Origin: an uncultured delta proteobacterium
Lineage (GTDB): Bacteria; Desulfobacterota; Binatia; Binatales; Binataceae
Assembly: GCA_963808235.1 (NCBI GenBank)
Contig: CAWEEQ010000004.1
Coordinates: 1,856,001 to 1,920,000, forward strand
Direction: 5' to 3'
DNA length: 64,000 bases
The position numbers were made by a program, and so were the translations under genes. The notes beneath the pieces were generated by a model, which did not search any database, was not told the DNA's origin, and was given only the letters and a program-made list of their open reading frames with translations. This document shows, piece after piece, positions 40,688 to 50,751 of the stretch; position 1 is the first letter of the stretch, and every line of letters begins with the position of its first letter.

Positions 40688-40717
40688 TTGCGGCGCGGCG
40701 GACAATTGCGCCGCAAT
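40687..40717. terminator. 10-bp perfect hairpin between convergent genes
   Basis: ATTGCGGCGC-N11-GCGCCGCAAT. Confidence 0.5.
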
Positions 40718-40720
40718 GGT

Positions 40721-40757
40721 CCCCCACCTTAACCCTCCCCGACAAACGTGGGAGGGA
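40721..40757 (+). repeat. REP-like palindromic element (CCCCCACC-TAA-CCCTCCC...GGGAGGG type)
   Basis: CCCCCACCTTAACCCTCCCCGACAAACGTGGGAGGGA with a CCCTCCC/GGGAGGG stem; resembles a widespread intergenic repeat class (from memory). Confidence 0.6.
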
Positions 40758-40775
40758 ATCAGGACCATACTGCAA

Positions 40776-41825
40776 TTAGCGGGCGGAGGTGCAGACTGAC
40801 CAGGCTGCGGTTGCCAGGGCGGGGACGCGGTCTTTCATGGTGATGAATAGGGGGTCGTCGGCTTGGCCTCTTACGAATCTTGAGTAGCTGCCTTCCATTA
40901 TGATCGCCAGTTTGAACAGGGCGAATGCCTGGTAGAAGGGGAACTCGCGCATTACGTAGCCGGTCTGCTCTTCGTAGAGCGCGATCATTTCGCGGCGGGT
41001 CAGCCATCCTGGGTCGGCATTCATGCTGGAGATCACCGAGGCTTTGTCGGTGGGATCGGGCCAATACGTGAGCATCCAGCCGAAATCCGCGAGCGGGTCG
41101 CCGATGGTGGACATCTCCCAGTCGAGCACCGCGATTGCGCGCGCAGTCGCCGGGTCGAACATCAGGTTGTCGAGCTTGTAGTCTCCGTGGACGATGGTCG
41201 GCGGGGGCGATTCGGGGATATGCGCGCGCAGCCATTCCTTGACCTGGTCCATCACGGGCAGCGGGCGGGTATGCGGAATGGTGCGTTCGAGCTGATCGGA
41301 CCATCGCTTGAGCTGGCGCTCGAGATAACCCTCGGAGCGGCCGAAACCTTCGAGTCCGGCGCCGCGCCAGTCTACTTTTTGTAGGGCCGCGAGCACCTCG
41401 ACCATCTGCCGGCTTACGCTCCGGCGGAGTTCCGGCGTTTTCACGAAATTATTGCCGTCGGCGCGAACGACTTCTCCGCGCATGTACTCCATCAGGTAAA
41501 ACGGCGCGCCAATGTAAGCCGGATCGTCGCACGACGCGTACACGCGCGGCACCGGCACGGGCGTGTCTTGCAAGGCTTTCAGGACTCGATACTCGCGCAT
41601 CATGTCGTGCGCGGTCGGGAGCAGAGGTCCACGTGGCGGGCGACGAAGCGCCCATGAGTGGCCGTCGAAGTGAATCAGGTGAACCTCGTTGGAATGGCCG
41701 AACGAGATGTTTTCGGAGCGCAGGCCCGCGGTATCGCCGAGCTTGCGCTCGTCGAGAAAGCGCTTCAGGCCTGAAAGATCAACGGTAGCCGAGGGTCCGG
41801 TTTTTTCCTGCGTCGAGTCGCTCAT
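40776..41825 (-). CDS. APH-family phosphotransferase (ACAD10/11 N-terminal-like)
   Basis: GHSN, LRRPP..LLPTAHDM.REYRVL, GAPFYLME, HGDYKLDN, LDWEMSTIGDPLAD. Confidence 0.92.
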   Translation of the reverse strand: MSDSTQEKTGPSATVDLSGLKRFLDERKLGDTAGLRSENISFGHSNEVHLIHFDGHSWALRRPPRGPLLPTAHDMMREYRVLKALQDTPVPVPRVYASCDDPAYIGAPFYLMEYMRGEVVRADGNNFVKTPELRRSVSRQMVEVLAALQKVDWRGAGLEGFGRSEGYLERQLKRWSDQLERTIPHTRPLPVMDQVKEWLRAHIPESPPPTIVHGDYKLDNLMFDPATARAIAVLDWEMSTIGDPLADFGWMLTYWPDPTDKASVISSMNADPGWLTRREMIALYEEQTGYVMREFPFYQAFALFKLAIIMEGSYSRFVRGQADDPLFITMKDRVPALATAAWSVCTSAR

Positions 41826-41980
41826 CGAGGGTACTGTTAACTGTTTTCGCAAATGTGCGCTGTGGTCAAGAGAAGGGTGTGGGCGAAATCGGTTTCCGTA
41901 TCGAAACCTAATCCGTTGCCATGGTCGAGTGGGTCGGAGATGCGTGGATGGTGTGGTGTCGTTTGCGTCGAGAGAGATCC

Positions 41981-42106
41981 GGAGTTCTTCGCTGCGCTCA
42001 GAATGACTCAAAGATAAACGACGGAGAGTGGAAATACAGGACGTCGCTTCGTCCTTCGAGAATACTCAGGGCAGGCTCCGGTCCCTCGACTTCGCTCGGG
42101 ACGACA
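41981..42106 (+). repeat. Tandem REP/MITE-like half elements (TTCTTCGCTGCGCTCAGAATGAC; CCTTCGA..CTCAGGGCAGG; CCCTCGACTTCGCTCGGGACGAC)
   Basis: Three related short hairpin units in the same orientation within 130 bp. Confidence 0.6.
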
Positions 42107-42125
42107 GAGGGAGAGCGGGTGAAGC

Positions 42126-42163
42126 AAATCGGGTAGTGTCTCGGTTTGCTGAGACACTACCCG
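42126..42163. repeat. Inverted REP-like doublet or bidirectional terminator
   Basis: CGGGTAGTGTCTC-GGTTTGCT-GAGACACTACCCG, a perfect 13-bp stem; partial relative GGGAGTGTCTCAGTTT near 39767. Confidence 0.65.
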
Positions 42164-42167
42164 CGAA

Positions 42168-42734
42168 TTAGCGGAAGGGGTGGGCGCGGCTGAGGCGCCA
42201 TGATTTCCAGCTCACGTAGAGTGGAGCGGCGAGCGCCATGGCAATGACTGCCAGCATCGCGAAGGCGAGGACTGCGACCGCCATGTTGAAGACGCCCGGC
42301 TCCGCCCTGAAGATCAAACGATCGCCGGTAACGGGGTTGACCGAGGCGTCGGCGATGTAACCGAGGACTTGATTGGACAACCATACTGCCGGCTCCCAGA
42401 CGATCTTCTCGCCTGAACCGACAAGGTCCGAAGCGGAGTTGGTGATATCGCTCGCCGCTGCGTTGAGCTCTGCCGCGGTATCGTCACTGAATGAGATGGG
42501 CGCCGCCGATCGAAGATTCGGAGCGGTGGCCGGTTGGGTCGAAGTGACCGGCCTCAGCCCTGCGCCGTTGCCTGGACGGCCGCGCTGGATGACGAATGCG
42601 AGTGCTACCGCGAAGCAGAGCACCAGGAACGCGAAGGTCGAGAATTCGCGCGGTCCGCCGATACGGCGCAAGTTGGATCCGACTTGCCTGCCGGGCTGCT
42701 CGCGGCGTCTAGCTGGCATTTCGAGTATTGCCAT
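42168..42734 (-). CDS. Hypothetical membrane protein (two TM helices)
   Basis: GGGAGG RBS and two hydrophobic segments; no recognisable family. Confidence 0.55.
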   Translation of the reverse strand: MAILEMPARRREQPGRQVGSNLRRIGGPREFSTFAFLVLCFAVALAFVIQRGRPGNGAGLRPVTSTQPATAPNLRSAAPISFSDDTAAELNAAASDITNSASDLVGSGEKIVWEPAVWLSNQVLGYIADASVNPVTGDRLIFRAEPGVFNMAVAVLAFAMLAVIAMALAAPLYVSWKSWRLSRAHPFR

Positions 42735-42970
42735 CGTTTTCAAGCCTCCCTTGGAACGCACGCGCTTGCGGTAACTCTCCGGTTCCCATCCGGTGGCGAC
42801 CTTTGATTTGATGCGTGCCGTCCGCTGCTTTCAGAGCCTACGGCTTGTAGCAAATTCAGTCAAGACGGCGTATCGAAGCGAATTTGCAGGCATTTCGGCG
42901 CACCGATTTCGTCTCAGTTGAGGCTCGGCGTCTTGCGACCGCGAAGTACGCACCTATACAAAGAAGTGCG

Positions 42971-43882
42971 ATGGGAACTGCGACTAAACTGCACAGCGAT
43001 GAGACGGCCGGCCCGATGGCCGCGATGATCCGGCTCGCGCGGCCGCATCAGTGGATCAAGAACACGCTGGTCGGGGCGGCGCTGATATTCAGCCGGCGGT
43101 TGTTCGATCCGCGCGATGTAGCCCTCACTGCGATTGCATTTGTGGCGTTCTGCGCGCTGGCGAGCGCGGGCTACGTGATGAATGACATCGTGGACCGGGA
43201 AGCCGATCGTCTCAATCCCGAGAAATGCGATCGTCCGTTGGCGCGCGGGGACCTGACGGTTGCGGCGGCGACCAGGATGGCGCTGGTGCTCGCGACGATC
43301 GCGATTGTTTTGAGCGTCGCGCTGGGATCGAGATTTGCGGGAATCGCCCTACTCTATGCGATCCTTCAGCTCGGCTACTCGTTCTGGGCGAAGCATCACG
43401 TGGTTATCGACGTGATCGCGGTTGCGATTGGCTTCGTGCTGCGGGCGTTTGCCGGGGGAGTCGCGATCCACGTCGAGGTGTCGCCCTGGCTGGTGTTCAT
43501 CACGTTCGTGTTGGCGCTGTTCCTGGTGCTGGCGCGGCGGCGTCACGAGCTGATCGCGCTTGGGGACAGCGCGACAGCGCATCGCAGCGCGCTCTCGCAG
43601 TACAGTGTCAGGCTGGTCGATCAGATGATCTCGATCGTCGGCGGCGCGACCCTGGTGAGCTACATGATTTACACGGCGTCGGTCGAAGTCGAAACGAAGC
43701 TGGGGACGCCGTACCTTTACTTGACGGTGCCGTTCGTCGCGTTCGGAGTCCTCCGCTACCTATATCTGATCGACGAGCGCAATGAGGGCGGCGACCCGGC
43801 GCGGATGCTGCTGCAGGATCGGCCGCTGATGTTTGCGGTCGTGCTCTGGATTCTTACCGATATCGCGCTGCTGTACTTTTAG
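42971..43882 (+). CDS. UbiA-family prenyltransferase (decaprenyl-phosphate phosphoribosyltransferase-like)
   Basis: RPHQWIKN, YVMNDIVDREADRLNPEK..RPLARG, GFVLRA..G, GVLRYL. Confidence 0.9.
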   Translation: MGTATKLHSDETAGPMAAMIRLARPHQWIKNTLVGAALIFSRRLFDPRDVALTAIAFVAFCALASAGYVMNDIVDREADRLNPEKCDRPLARGDLTVAAATRMALVLATIAIVLSVALGSRFAGIALLYAILQLGYSFWAKHHVVIDVIAVAIGFVLRAFAGGVAIHVEVSPWLVFITFVLALFLVLARRRHELIALGDSATAHRSALSQYSVRLVDQMISIVGGATLVSYMIYTASVEVETKLGTPYLYLTVPFVAFGVLRYLYLIDERNEGGDPARMLLQDRPLMFAVVLWILTDIALLYF

Positions 43883-43919
43883 CTTTTGACGTTCAAAACC
43901 GCGCGGGCCGGCGCGACGG

Positions 43920-46493
43920 CTAATAGCGCGGCAGCACGCCGGTAGTCGATCCCGCAAGCCCGTTTTGGGTGAACGGATTGCGCCCGAACGGACTCTGCCC
44001 GACCGAGCCGAGGCCGCCGAGGGTAAGCTGAAACTGAAACTGGACTTCGTTCGGATTGTACGACTCGGTGATCCCGAAGTCCGCCGCCCAACAGTCGCAT
44101 GGCGACTTGAGCCGTACCCCGTACTCGGCGTCGAGCAGCCTGCGCGCCGCAAAATCGTAGTCGGGCGCGAAGTACAGGCCCAAGCGATCGAATACGTCGG
44201 TGTAGGCGCGCGCGCTTATCGACTCCGCGCCGTTGCGATTGGTAGGCGTAAAGACCGTGTTGCGCCCATTCGTATAGTTGTAACCGATTTGGAAGAACGA
44301 GCCCTGCAGCGCCCTGCCCATATAGACTCTCGACGTGGCGTTGGACCATGGCGGTTGAATGTCCACCAAGGCGGTGGCGTAGGTAATCCCGGCATGGCTG
44401 CGCGGATTGTAGTCGAGCTGCGAACTGAAGGACGCAATCGTGGTTGGATAGACATTGAAGATGCCTTCGATGTCCGACACATGCGACCCGTCGAGCGCGA
44501 CTTCGTGCGAGGTATCATAAGCCTGTTGAATGGTGACCTGCGCAAGCTCGCGGGAACGAACGTCGCCCCGGTCAATCGACGCACCCTGCGGCCGCCCCTC
44601 GTCCGCCGGCACCGGCTCTTCATGAAACGGACCCACGGTCGAGTCGTCGGACGACAATTCATTGGTGGTTTCGGTCGAGGTATCGGTGGGCTGCTCTGGC
44701 TGCGGCAAGTCGCTGAATTTGCCGTAGAGCCGGGTGGTGACTCCATAAGTGATAAGGCTGCGCGGATCGAGGCGGTCGAACTGATCGAACAGAGGACGAT
44801 TGCCCTGGAATATGCGCGGTACATAGGCGTAGTTAACGAACGGCTCGATGGTGTTCTTGAGCTTGTCGATCGAGTGCCATCCGGTGTTGTAGACCCGATC
44901 CAGCAGGGTCGAGACGCCGGTCTTGAAGTATGGCACCGCGCTCTCGTGCATGCCCCCAGGGGTCAACTGCGATTCGAGCGTGAGACCATTGTTAAAATTA
45001 AGCCCCTCGGTCCCGACCGGAACGACGTTGACCTTTTGGCCGCCCGAGCTGTACACGGAGCCCTGCGAGCCGACGGTGGCGTAGCCGGTCAGATAGTCGC
45101 CGAAACGCCACGGCAAGGTGACCCGCGGGTCGACGTTAAATCGCCATCCCTGGTAACCCTTGTAGCGGTAGAAATCGACGGCCTGGGCGTCGTAATCGGC
45201 GAACATCAGGTTGTTGAACAATTCCTGGCGGCCAGTGAGAGTCAGATCGGGCAGGCGCTGCAGGGCAAACTGCTGGGGCTGAATGAGGTCCTGATTCCAG
45301 GTGCCTTGCAGGCGCACGAACGCGTTCTGGAATTCATCGAGCAGCCCGAAAGTGGAAATCGCGTTGCGCATCGAGCCGAAGCTGTTGCCGTAGCCGCGCG
45401 ACAGCGTCCAGACGTCCATCTCGCGCAGATAGAGGCTGTCGCTGACCGAAATCGCGTTACCGTAAGCGATCAGGTTGTCGGTGATGTGCTCGCGGGTCAT
45501 CGCGATCAGCCCGCCGCGATCTACCGGGATGTGCGGGTCGGCGATCTGCGGGTCCGCGATATCGGAGAGACGATTGTGCTCCGATCGGATGGATTCATCG
45601 TAAAACGCGCCGTTGCCCCACAGGTAGTCGTCCTCGCCATTGGTCAAACGATACTCGGCGAGTCCGCCGACTCGCTGCGAGGTCTCGACGTTGAGCGCGA
45701 AGGTCGCGTCGGAACTCTTGTTAATCGCGAGATAGTACGGCTGAAGCCACTGAACACCGCGCAATCCCGACTCACCCTGGCGGCCGGCCAGGAAGCCGCT
45801 ATGGCGGGTCGAATCGGCGGGAAACTTCGCGAAGGGAAGCGGAATGATCGGTTGGCCGAGCACGTCGAACTTGGCATTGTGCGCAGTCCCGCTGGTGCCG
45901 ACATTGACGTCCATCGTGTCGGCGCTGATCGACCAATCGGGCGCGCCCTTCTGACATGCGCAGGTGGTAAAGAAGCCGTCCTTGACCTGGTAGTTCTGGC
46001 CCTTGACCTTGATGATCCGCTTGCCTTCGAGATGGTAAGTATTTTTCTTGGCGAGAATCTTGGCGTTGTAGAGGTCGAACGTTTCATCGGTCAAGTTGAG
46101 GGTGGCGTCGGTGGCCCACATCTCGATTTCAGGATCGATCAAATGGACGTGGCCGAATGCGTGAGCCTCGCGGCGCGCGCGCATCACGTCGATCTCGTCG
46201 GCCTTGAGCACGCTGCCGCCCTGGGTCATGACGGCGTCGCCCTTTACGAAAAAGGTATCGGTTTTGGAGTCGTAAATCGTTTCCTTGCCGGTGACGTTGA
46301 TCGGTTCATGGTGCTCCTCACGAACCGGGGCAGGGACTCCGGAGCCACGACGGGACTGCGGGGACTGCGAGGAACTCGAACTGGGGGAAGGCGGCGAAAC
46401 TGTGTCGGCGAATGCGATTGCGGGCGCGAGCATCACTGCGCACAATCCCGCGATCGCAATTCTTTTAAGCGCCGGCTTCAGGAAACAACCCAC
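43920..46493 (-). CDS. lptD: LPS assembly protein LptD (start approximate)
   Basis: Signal peptide, OstA-like N-terminus (LKADEI), FTTCAC..PDWSI, RHSGFL, NTIEP, C-terminal beta-barrel with CDCW. Confidence 0.88.
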   Translation of the reverse strand: MGCFLKPALKRIAIAGLCAVMLAPAIAFADTVSPPSPSSSSSQSPQSRRGSGVPAPVREEHHEPINVTGKETIYDSKTDTFFVKGDAVMTQGGSVLKADEIDVMRARREAHAFGHVHLIDPEIEMWATDATLNLTDETFDLYNAKILAKKNTYHLEGKRIIKVKGQNYQVKDGFFTTCACQKGAPDWSISADTMDVNVGTSGTAHNAKFDVLGQPIIPLPFAKFPADSTRHSGFLAGRQGESGLRGVQWLQPYYLAINKSSDATFALNVETSQRVGGLAEYRLTNGEDDYLWGNGAFYDESIRSEHNRLSDIADPQIADPHIPVDRGGLIAMTREHITDNLIAYGNAISVSDSLYLREMDVWTLSRGYGNSFGSMRNAISTFGLLDEFQNAFVRLQGTWNQDLIQPQQFALQRLPDLTLTGRQELFNNLMFADYDAQAVDFYRYKGYQGWRFNVDPRVTLPWRFGDYLTGYATVGSQGSVYSSGGQKVNVVPVGTEGLNFNNGLTLESQLTPGGMHESAVPYFKTGVSTLLDRVYNTGWHSIDKLKNTIEPFVNYAYVPRIFQGNRPLFDQFDRLDPRSLITYGVTTRLYGKFSDLPQPEQPTDTSTETTNELSSDDSTVGPFHEEPVPADEGRPQGASIDRGDVRSRELAQVTIQQAYDTSHEVALDGSHVSDIEGIFNVYPTTIASFSSQLDYNPRSHAGITYATALVDIQPPWSNATSRVYMGRALQGSFFQIGYNYTNGRNTVFTPTNRNGAESISARAYTDVFDRLGLYFAPDYDFAARRLLDAEYGVRLKSPCDCWAADFGITESYNPNEVQFQFQLTLGGLGSVGQSPFGRNPFTQNGLAGSTTGVLPRY

Positions 46494-47776
46494 TACGCCC
46501 CCCACGGGCCAGGAAGTACGCGTAAACTTCGCCGATAAGATACACCGAACCGGTAACAAGCGCCACGTCGTCGGACGCCATTTCCGACACGACTCGGTCC
46601 ACAGCGCGAAGTGGATCGCGCTCGACGCGCGCCGGCACATGAGGCGCGAAATGATCCAGCAGCATCTCGGGCTCAAGCGGGCTCTTCGGTTTGGCGCGGG
46701 TCAGGGTGACGTCGTGGACTCGCGGCGCGAGCATCGCGGCCATCTTGGGCCAGTCCTTGGCGGATTGGCAGCCGAAGATCAGTCGAGGTTTCACGACGGG
46801 GCCGAGCTCGACCGTCATGGTCTCCAACAGCGCGGCGATGCTCATCTCATTGTGAGCGCAATCGAGGATGACCAGCGGGCGTTTCGAGACTATGTCGAAG
46901 CGGCCCGGCCAGTAGATGTCGCGCAGGCCGCGGCGGACCGCATCTTCCTCGATACGCCAGCCCTGGACGCGAAGGTCTTCGAGCGTTGCGACCGCGATTG
47001 CGCCATTCTCATGCTGAAAAGGACCGGCGAGTCCGATTTCGAGATCGCGCAGTTCGAGGCCAAGTCCGTGATAGTCGAATCGATGCGCCGGGGCGTGCGA
47101 TCGGTAAGTGAAGTCGCGATCGATGAGTCGCACCGCGCTTTGCCGATTCGCCGCGATCGAGGTCAGCGCGAGGCGCGCGTCGGGCTCGCGCGCGCCGATT
47201 ACGACCGGCACCTCGTTCTTGATTATTCCGCCCTTCTCGCCGGCAATCGCAGCGATCGTGTGGCCTAGATATTCCATGTGATCGAAACCGATCGGCGTTA
47301 TCACACTCAGAATCGGGGTGATCACGTTGGTCGAATCAAGCCGCCCGCCGAGGCCGGTTTCGATTATGGCGATATCGACGCGCGCGTCGGCGAAGTACGC
47401 GAACATCATCGCGACGGTGAACTCAAAGAAGGTCGGCGCGAGTCCGGCGGAATCGAAAATCGCGCGCAGCCGCTCGATGTAGTCGAGCATCAGGGAGGCG
47501 GAAATTTCCGCGCCGTCGATTCGGGTGCGCTCGGCAAGGTTCACCAGGTGCGGCTTGGTGTAGAGGCCAGTGCGATAACCCGCAGCGCGGAGGCAACTGT
47601 CGAGCATCGCGGCAACACTGCCTTTGCCCTTGGTGCCCGCGATATGCACGGCGCGAATGACGATGATGCGGATTGCCGATCAGCGCGAGCGCGGCGTCCA
47701 TGCGCTCGAGCTTGTAAATCTCGCCGCGCGATTCGAGCGAATAGAGCCAGTCGATAGTTTCGCTTAGCCGGTCCAT
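46465..47776 (-). CDS. folC: Folylpolyglutamate synthase/dihydrofolate synthase, 1-nt frameshift near 47660
   Basis: MDRLSETIDWLYSL...LIGNPHH in one frame; HIAGTKGKGS, ETGLGGRLDSTN, LDCAHN and TGSVYLIGE in the next. Confidence 0.92.
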
Positions 47777-47838
47777 GACTCAGGAGGCAGTTTAACGAGT
47801 GGGATGCGGATGCGGAAGATTCGTGGACCCGCCGACGC

Positions 47839-48705
47839 TTACTTCTTGTGCCGGCGCAGACCTGCGCCGCGGTTGGCGCGCGGTCGGGTCAGCATCGCGA
47901 GCAGACGCGCGAGCGTGAAGCGCATCTGATGGCGCGGGACGATCGCGTCGAGCATCCCGTGGGCGAGCAAAAATTCGGAGCGCTGGAAATCGTCTGGGAG
48001 CTGTTGATTGCTGGTCTGCTCGGTCACCCGGCGGCCGGCAAATCCGATCAGCGCGCCGGGCTCGGAAATATTCAGGTCGCCAAGCATCGCGAACGACGCC
48101 GCAACGCCGCCCGTGGTCGGATCGCAGAGCACGGAAATGTAGGGAAGGCGCGCGTCGCGAAGCCGTGCAATCGCCGCCGACACCTTCGCCATCTGCATCA
48201 GGGAGAGCGCTCCCTCCTGCATGCGCGCGCCGCCTGACGCGGCGAACACGATCACCGGCAGTTTGCGCTCGCAGGCGAGATCGAAGAGGCGCGCGAGTTT
48301 CTCGCCGACCACGACTCCCATGCTGCCGCCCATGAATTCGAAATCCATAACGCCCACGGCCACCGGGCGATTCTCAATCTTGCCGATGCCGACGACTACC
48401 GCGTCGTTGCGGCCGCTCTTCGCACGCGCCTGCTCCATCCGCGCCGGATATGGGCGCGAATCGACGAAGCCAAGCGGATCGCCGACGGCCATCCCGGCCA
48501 TCAGTTCCCGCCAAGTGCCGCGATCGACGCTGATCGAGAGGCGTTGGGCGACGGTGAGGCGAAAGTGATGCCCGCACTTGGGGCAAACGTTCAGGTTACG
48601 TTCGACTTCCTTGCGAAACGCGATCTCCTTGCACGACGGACACTTCGACCAGATGTCGTCCGAAGGAGCCTGCGCGCTGCTTGCGAGTGGTTCGCGTTCA
48701 GCCAT
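47839..48705 (-). CDS. accD: Acetyl-CoA carboxylase carboxyltransferase beta subunit
   Basis: WSKCPSC...VCPKCGHH, FMGGSMG, SGGARMQEG, PTTGGVAASF. Confidence 0.96.
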   Translation of the reverse strand: MAEREPLASSAQAPSDDIWSKCPSCKEIAFRKEVERNLNVCPKCGHHFRLTVAQRLSISVDRGTWRELMAGMAVGDPLGFVDSRPYPARMEQARAKSGRNDAVVVGIGKIENRPVAVGVMDFEFMGGSMGVVVGEKLARLFDLACERKLPVIVFAASGGARMQEGALSLMQMAKVSAAIARLRDARLPYISVLCDPTTGGVAASFAMLGDLNISEPGALIGFAGRRVTEQTSNQQLPDDFQRSEFLLAHGMLDAIVPRHQMRFTLARLLAMLTRPRANRGAGLRRHKK

Positions 48706-49549
48706 TTGTATTACCTGCCGATGCGGCGTTTTGAGAGCTACGCGCCGCCCGCATCGCATCTTTCATCGCGGCGACCAAGTCGCCGACGGCCGCGATGACG
48801 TCGCCGGACTTGATGTGCGCCTCCACCAGCAGAGAAATTGCGCTGCCCACCACGACCGCGTCCGCAATCGTTGCGACCTCGGCGGCTTGCGCCGGCGTCG
48901 AGATTCCGAATCCTACTCCGAGCGGCAAGTCGGTCACACTTCTGAGCTCGCGGATATGTTCGGCCAAGCCAGAGTCGAGATGCGTTCTCGCGCCGGTCAC
49001 TCCGGTCACCGAGACATAGTAGAGAAAGCCGCTCGCGGAGTGTGCGATTTTGCGGCTCCGCTCAATCGGAGTCGTGGGTGCGAGGAGTTGAATGATGTCG
49101 AGACCGTTTGCGCGTGCGGGACCCTTCAGCTCGCCGGCTTCCTCCAGCGGCATGTCTATGACCAGCAGCGCGTCGATTCCCGCGCGCGCGGCGTCCGCGC
49201 ACAGCCGCTCGCATCCGTAGTGAAAAATCGGGTTGTAGTAGCCGAACAGGATCAAAGGAATCTCGGTCTCTTTGCGGAGCTCGCTCACCATCGAGAGAAT
49301 CGCGGCCAGCGACGCGCCCGCGCCGAGTCCGCGCGCAAGTGCGCGCTGGTTCGCCGGTCCATCGGCCATCGGATCGGAAAATGGCACGCCCATTTCGATC
49401 AAGTCTGCGCCGCGCCGTTCCAGCTCGAGTACCAGGCGTCGAGTCGTGTCGAGATCCGGATCGCCTGCGACGATAAACGGGACCAGCGCCGCCTCGCCGC
49501 GCGCGCGAAGTTCTTTAAATTTCCTTTTGATGCGTCCCTGTGATGCCAT
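48698..49549 (-). CDS. trpA: Tryptophan synthase alpha
   Basis: AGDPD, GVPFSDPMADGP, YYVSVTGVTG, GFGIS, VVGSA. Confidence 0.96.
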   Translation of the reverse strand: MASQGRIKRKFKELRARGEAALVPFIVAGDPDLDTTRRLVLELERRGADLIEMGVPFSDPMADGPANQRALARGLGAGASLAAILSMVSELRKETEIPLILFGYYNPIFHYGCERLCADAARAGIDALLVIDMPLEEAGELKGPARANGLDIIQLLAPTTPIERSRKIAHSASGFLYYVSVTGVTGARTHLDSGLAEHIRELRSVTDLPLGVGFGISTPAQAAEVATIADAVVVGSAISLLVEAHIKSGDVIAAVGDLVAAMKDAMRAARSSQNAASAGNTNG

Positions 49550-49557
49550 CGCGAACC

Positions 49558-50751
49558 TCAGAGCGTCACGCCGAACGCCTTGGCGACGGACTGCATGTCT
49601 TTGTCGCCGCGTCCGGACAGATTGACGATCATGATTTGCTCCTTGGGAAGTTGCGGCGCGAGCTTGATTGCGTGCGCAACCGCATGCGAACTCTCGAGCG
49701 CCGGAATTATTCCCTCGGTCTCGGAGAGCAGTTTCAACGCGTCGAGTGCTTCACTATCGGTGACCGAGGTGTATTCGGCGCGGCCGACGTCGTGCAGCCA
49801 CGAATGCTCCGGGCCGACGCCGGGATAATCCAGTCCTGCCGCTATCGAATGCGTCTCGCGAATTTGCCCGAGCTCGTCCTGCAGCAGATAAGTTTTGTTG
49901 CCGTGCAGAACGCCGACGCTGCCCGCGGTGATCGTGGCCGCATGATGCGGTCCGCTGAGGCCGAGGCCGGCCGCCTCGACGCCAACCATCTTAACCCCCG
50001 TATCTTTGATGAACGGGTAGAAAAGTCCGATCGCGTTCGAGCCGCCGTTGACGCATGCGACCAGCACGTCAGGCAAACGTCCTTCGTGTTTGAGAATCTG
50101 TTTGCGTGCCTCGCGGCCGATCACGGCCTGGAGGTCGCGCACGATCATCGGGTACGGATGCGGCCCCGCGGTCGTGCCGATCAGGTAGTAGGTGTCGCGC
50201 ACGGTCGCGATCCAATCGCGAAGTGCCTCATTCATAGCGTCTTTCAGGCTCTTGCTGCCCGACTCGACCGGCGTAACCTTCGCGCCTAGCAGCTTCATTC
50301 GAAAGACGTTCAGCGACTGACGCTCGACATCGACCGAGCCCATGAAAACTTCGCACTCGCGTCGAAAGAGCGCGGCCATGGTGGCAGTGGCGACGCCATG
50401 CTGGCCGGCGCCGGTCTCCGCCGTGATGCGCGACTTATTCATCCGGACCGCCAGCAGCGCCTGGCCGAGCGTGTTGTTCACCTTGTGTGCGCCGGTGTGG
50501 CAAAGGTCTTCGCGCTTCAGATAAATCTTCGCGCCGCCGAGCTGCGAAGTAAGATTCGCGGCGAGGTACAGCGGCGTCGGACGTCCCACGAACTCGCGCG
50601 AACGATTTTCGAGCTCCTCGCGAAACTTTGGGTCGCGGCGCGCCTCTTTGTACGCTCGCTCGAGCTCGAACAGCGCCGGCATCAGCGTTTCCGCAACATA
50701 TTTTCCGCCGAACTGGCCGAAGTGGCCGCGGCTATCGGGTACGTTTTGCAT
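49558..50751 (-). CDS. trpB: Tryptophan synthase beta
   Basis: [50 protein letters not shown]. Confidence 0.97.
   Translation of the reverse strand: MQNVPDSRGHFGQFGGKYVAETLMPALFELERAYKEARRDPKFREELENRSREFVGRPTPLYLAANLTSQLGGAKIYLKREDLCHTGAHKVNNTLGQALLAVRMNKSRITAETGAGQHGVATATMAALFRRECEVFMGSVDVERQSLNVFRMKLLGAKVTPVESGSKSLKDAMNEALRDWIATVRDTYYLIGTTAGPHPYPMIVRDLQAVIGREARKQILKHEGRLPDVLVACVNGGSNAIGLFYPFIKDTGVKMVGVEAAGLGLSGPHHAATITAGSVGVLHGNKTYLLQDELGQIRETHSIAAGLDYPGVGPEHSWLHDVGRAEYTSVTDSEALDALKLLSETEGIIPALESSHAVAHAIKLAPQLPKEQIMIVNLSGRGDKDMQSVAKAFGVTL

Noticed and set aside
34618-41100. Causal link between the deaminase and the C-depleted tract near 40.8 kb
   Set aside because: The substrate is unknown, the fold looks TadA/guanine-deaminase-like, and nothing in the sequence ties the two loci together beyond proximity.
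41826-42011. N-terminal extension of the phosphotransferase (MSHSERSEELR...)
   Set aside because: This is the translation of the REP-like repeat and intergenic DNA; the likely start is ATG 41825.
43965-46538. 857-aa + strand ORF antisense to lptD
   Set aside because: Shadow ORF caused by high-GC codon bias on the opposite strand; it has no motifs, and lptD explains the region.
47640-47680. folC, UXS (about 22270) and SDR (about 58672) as pseudogenes or programmed frameshifts
   Set aside because: Each has a single extra base with no slippery heptamer, and folC is normally essential. A sequencing indel is the simplest explanation.
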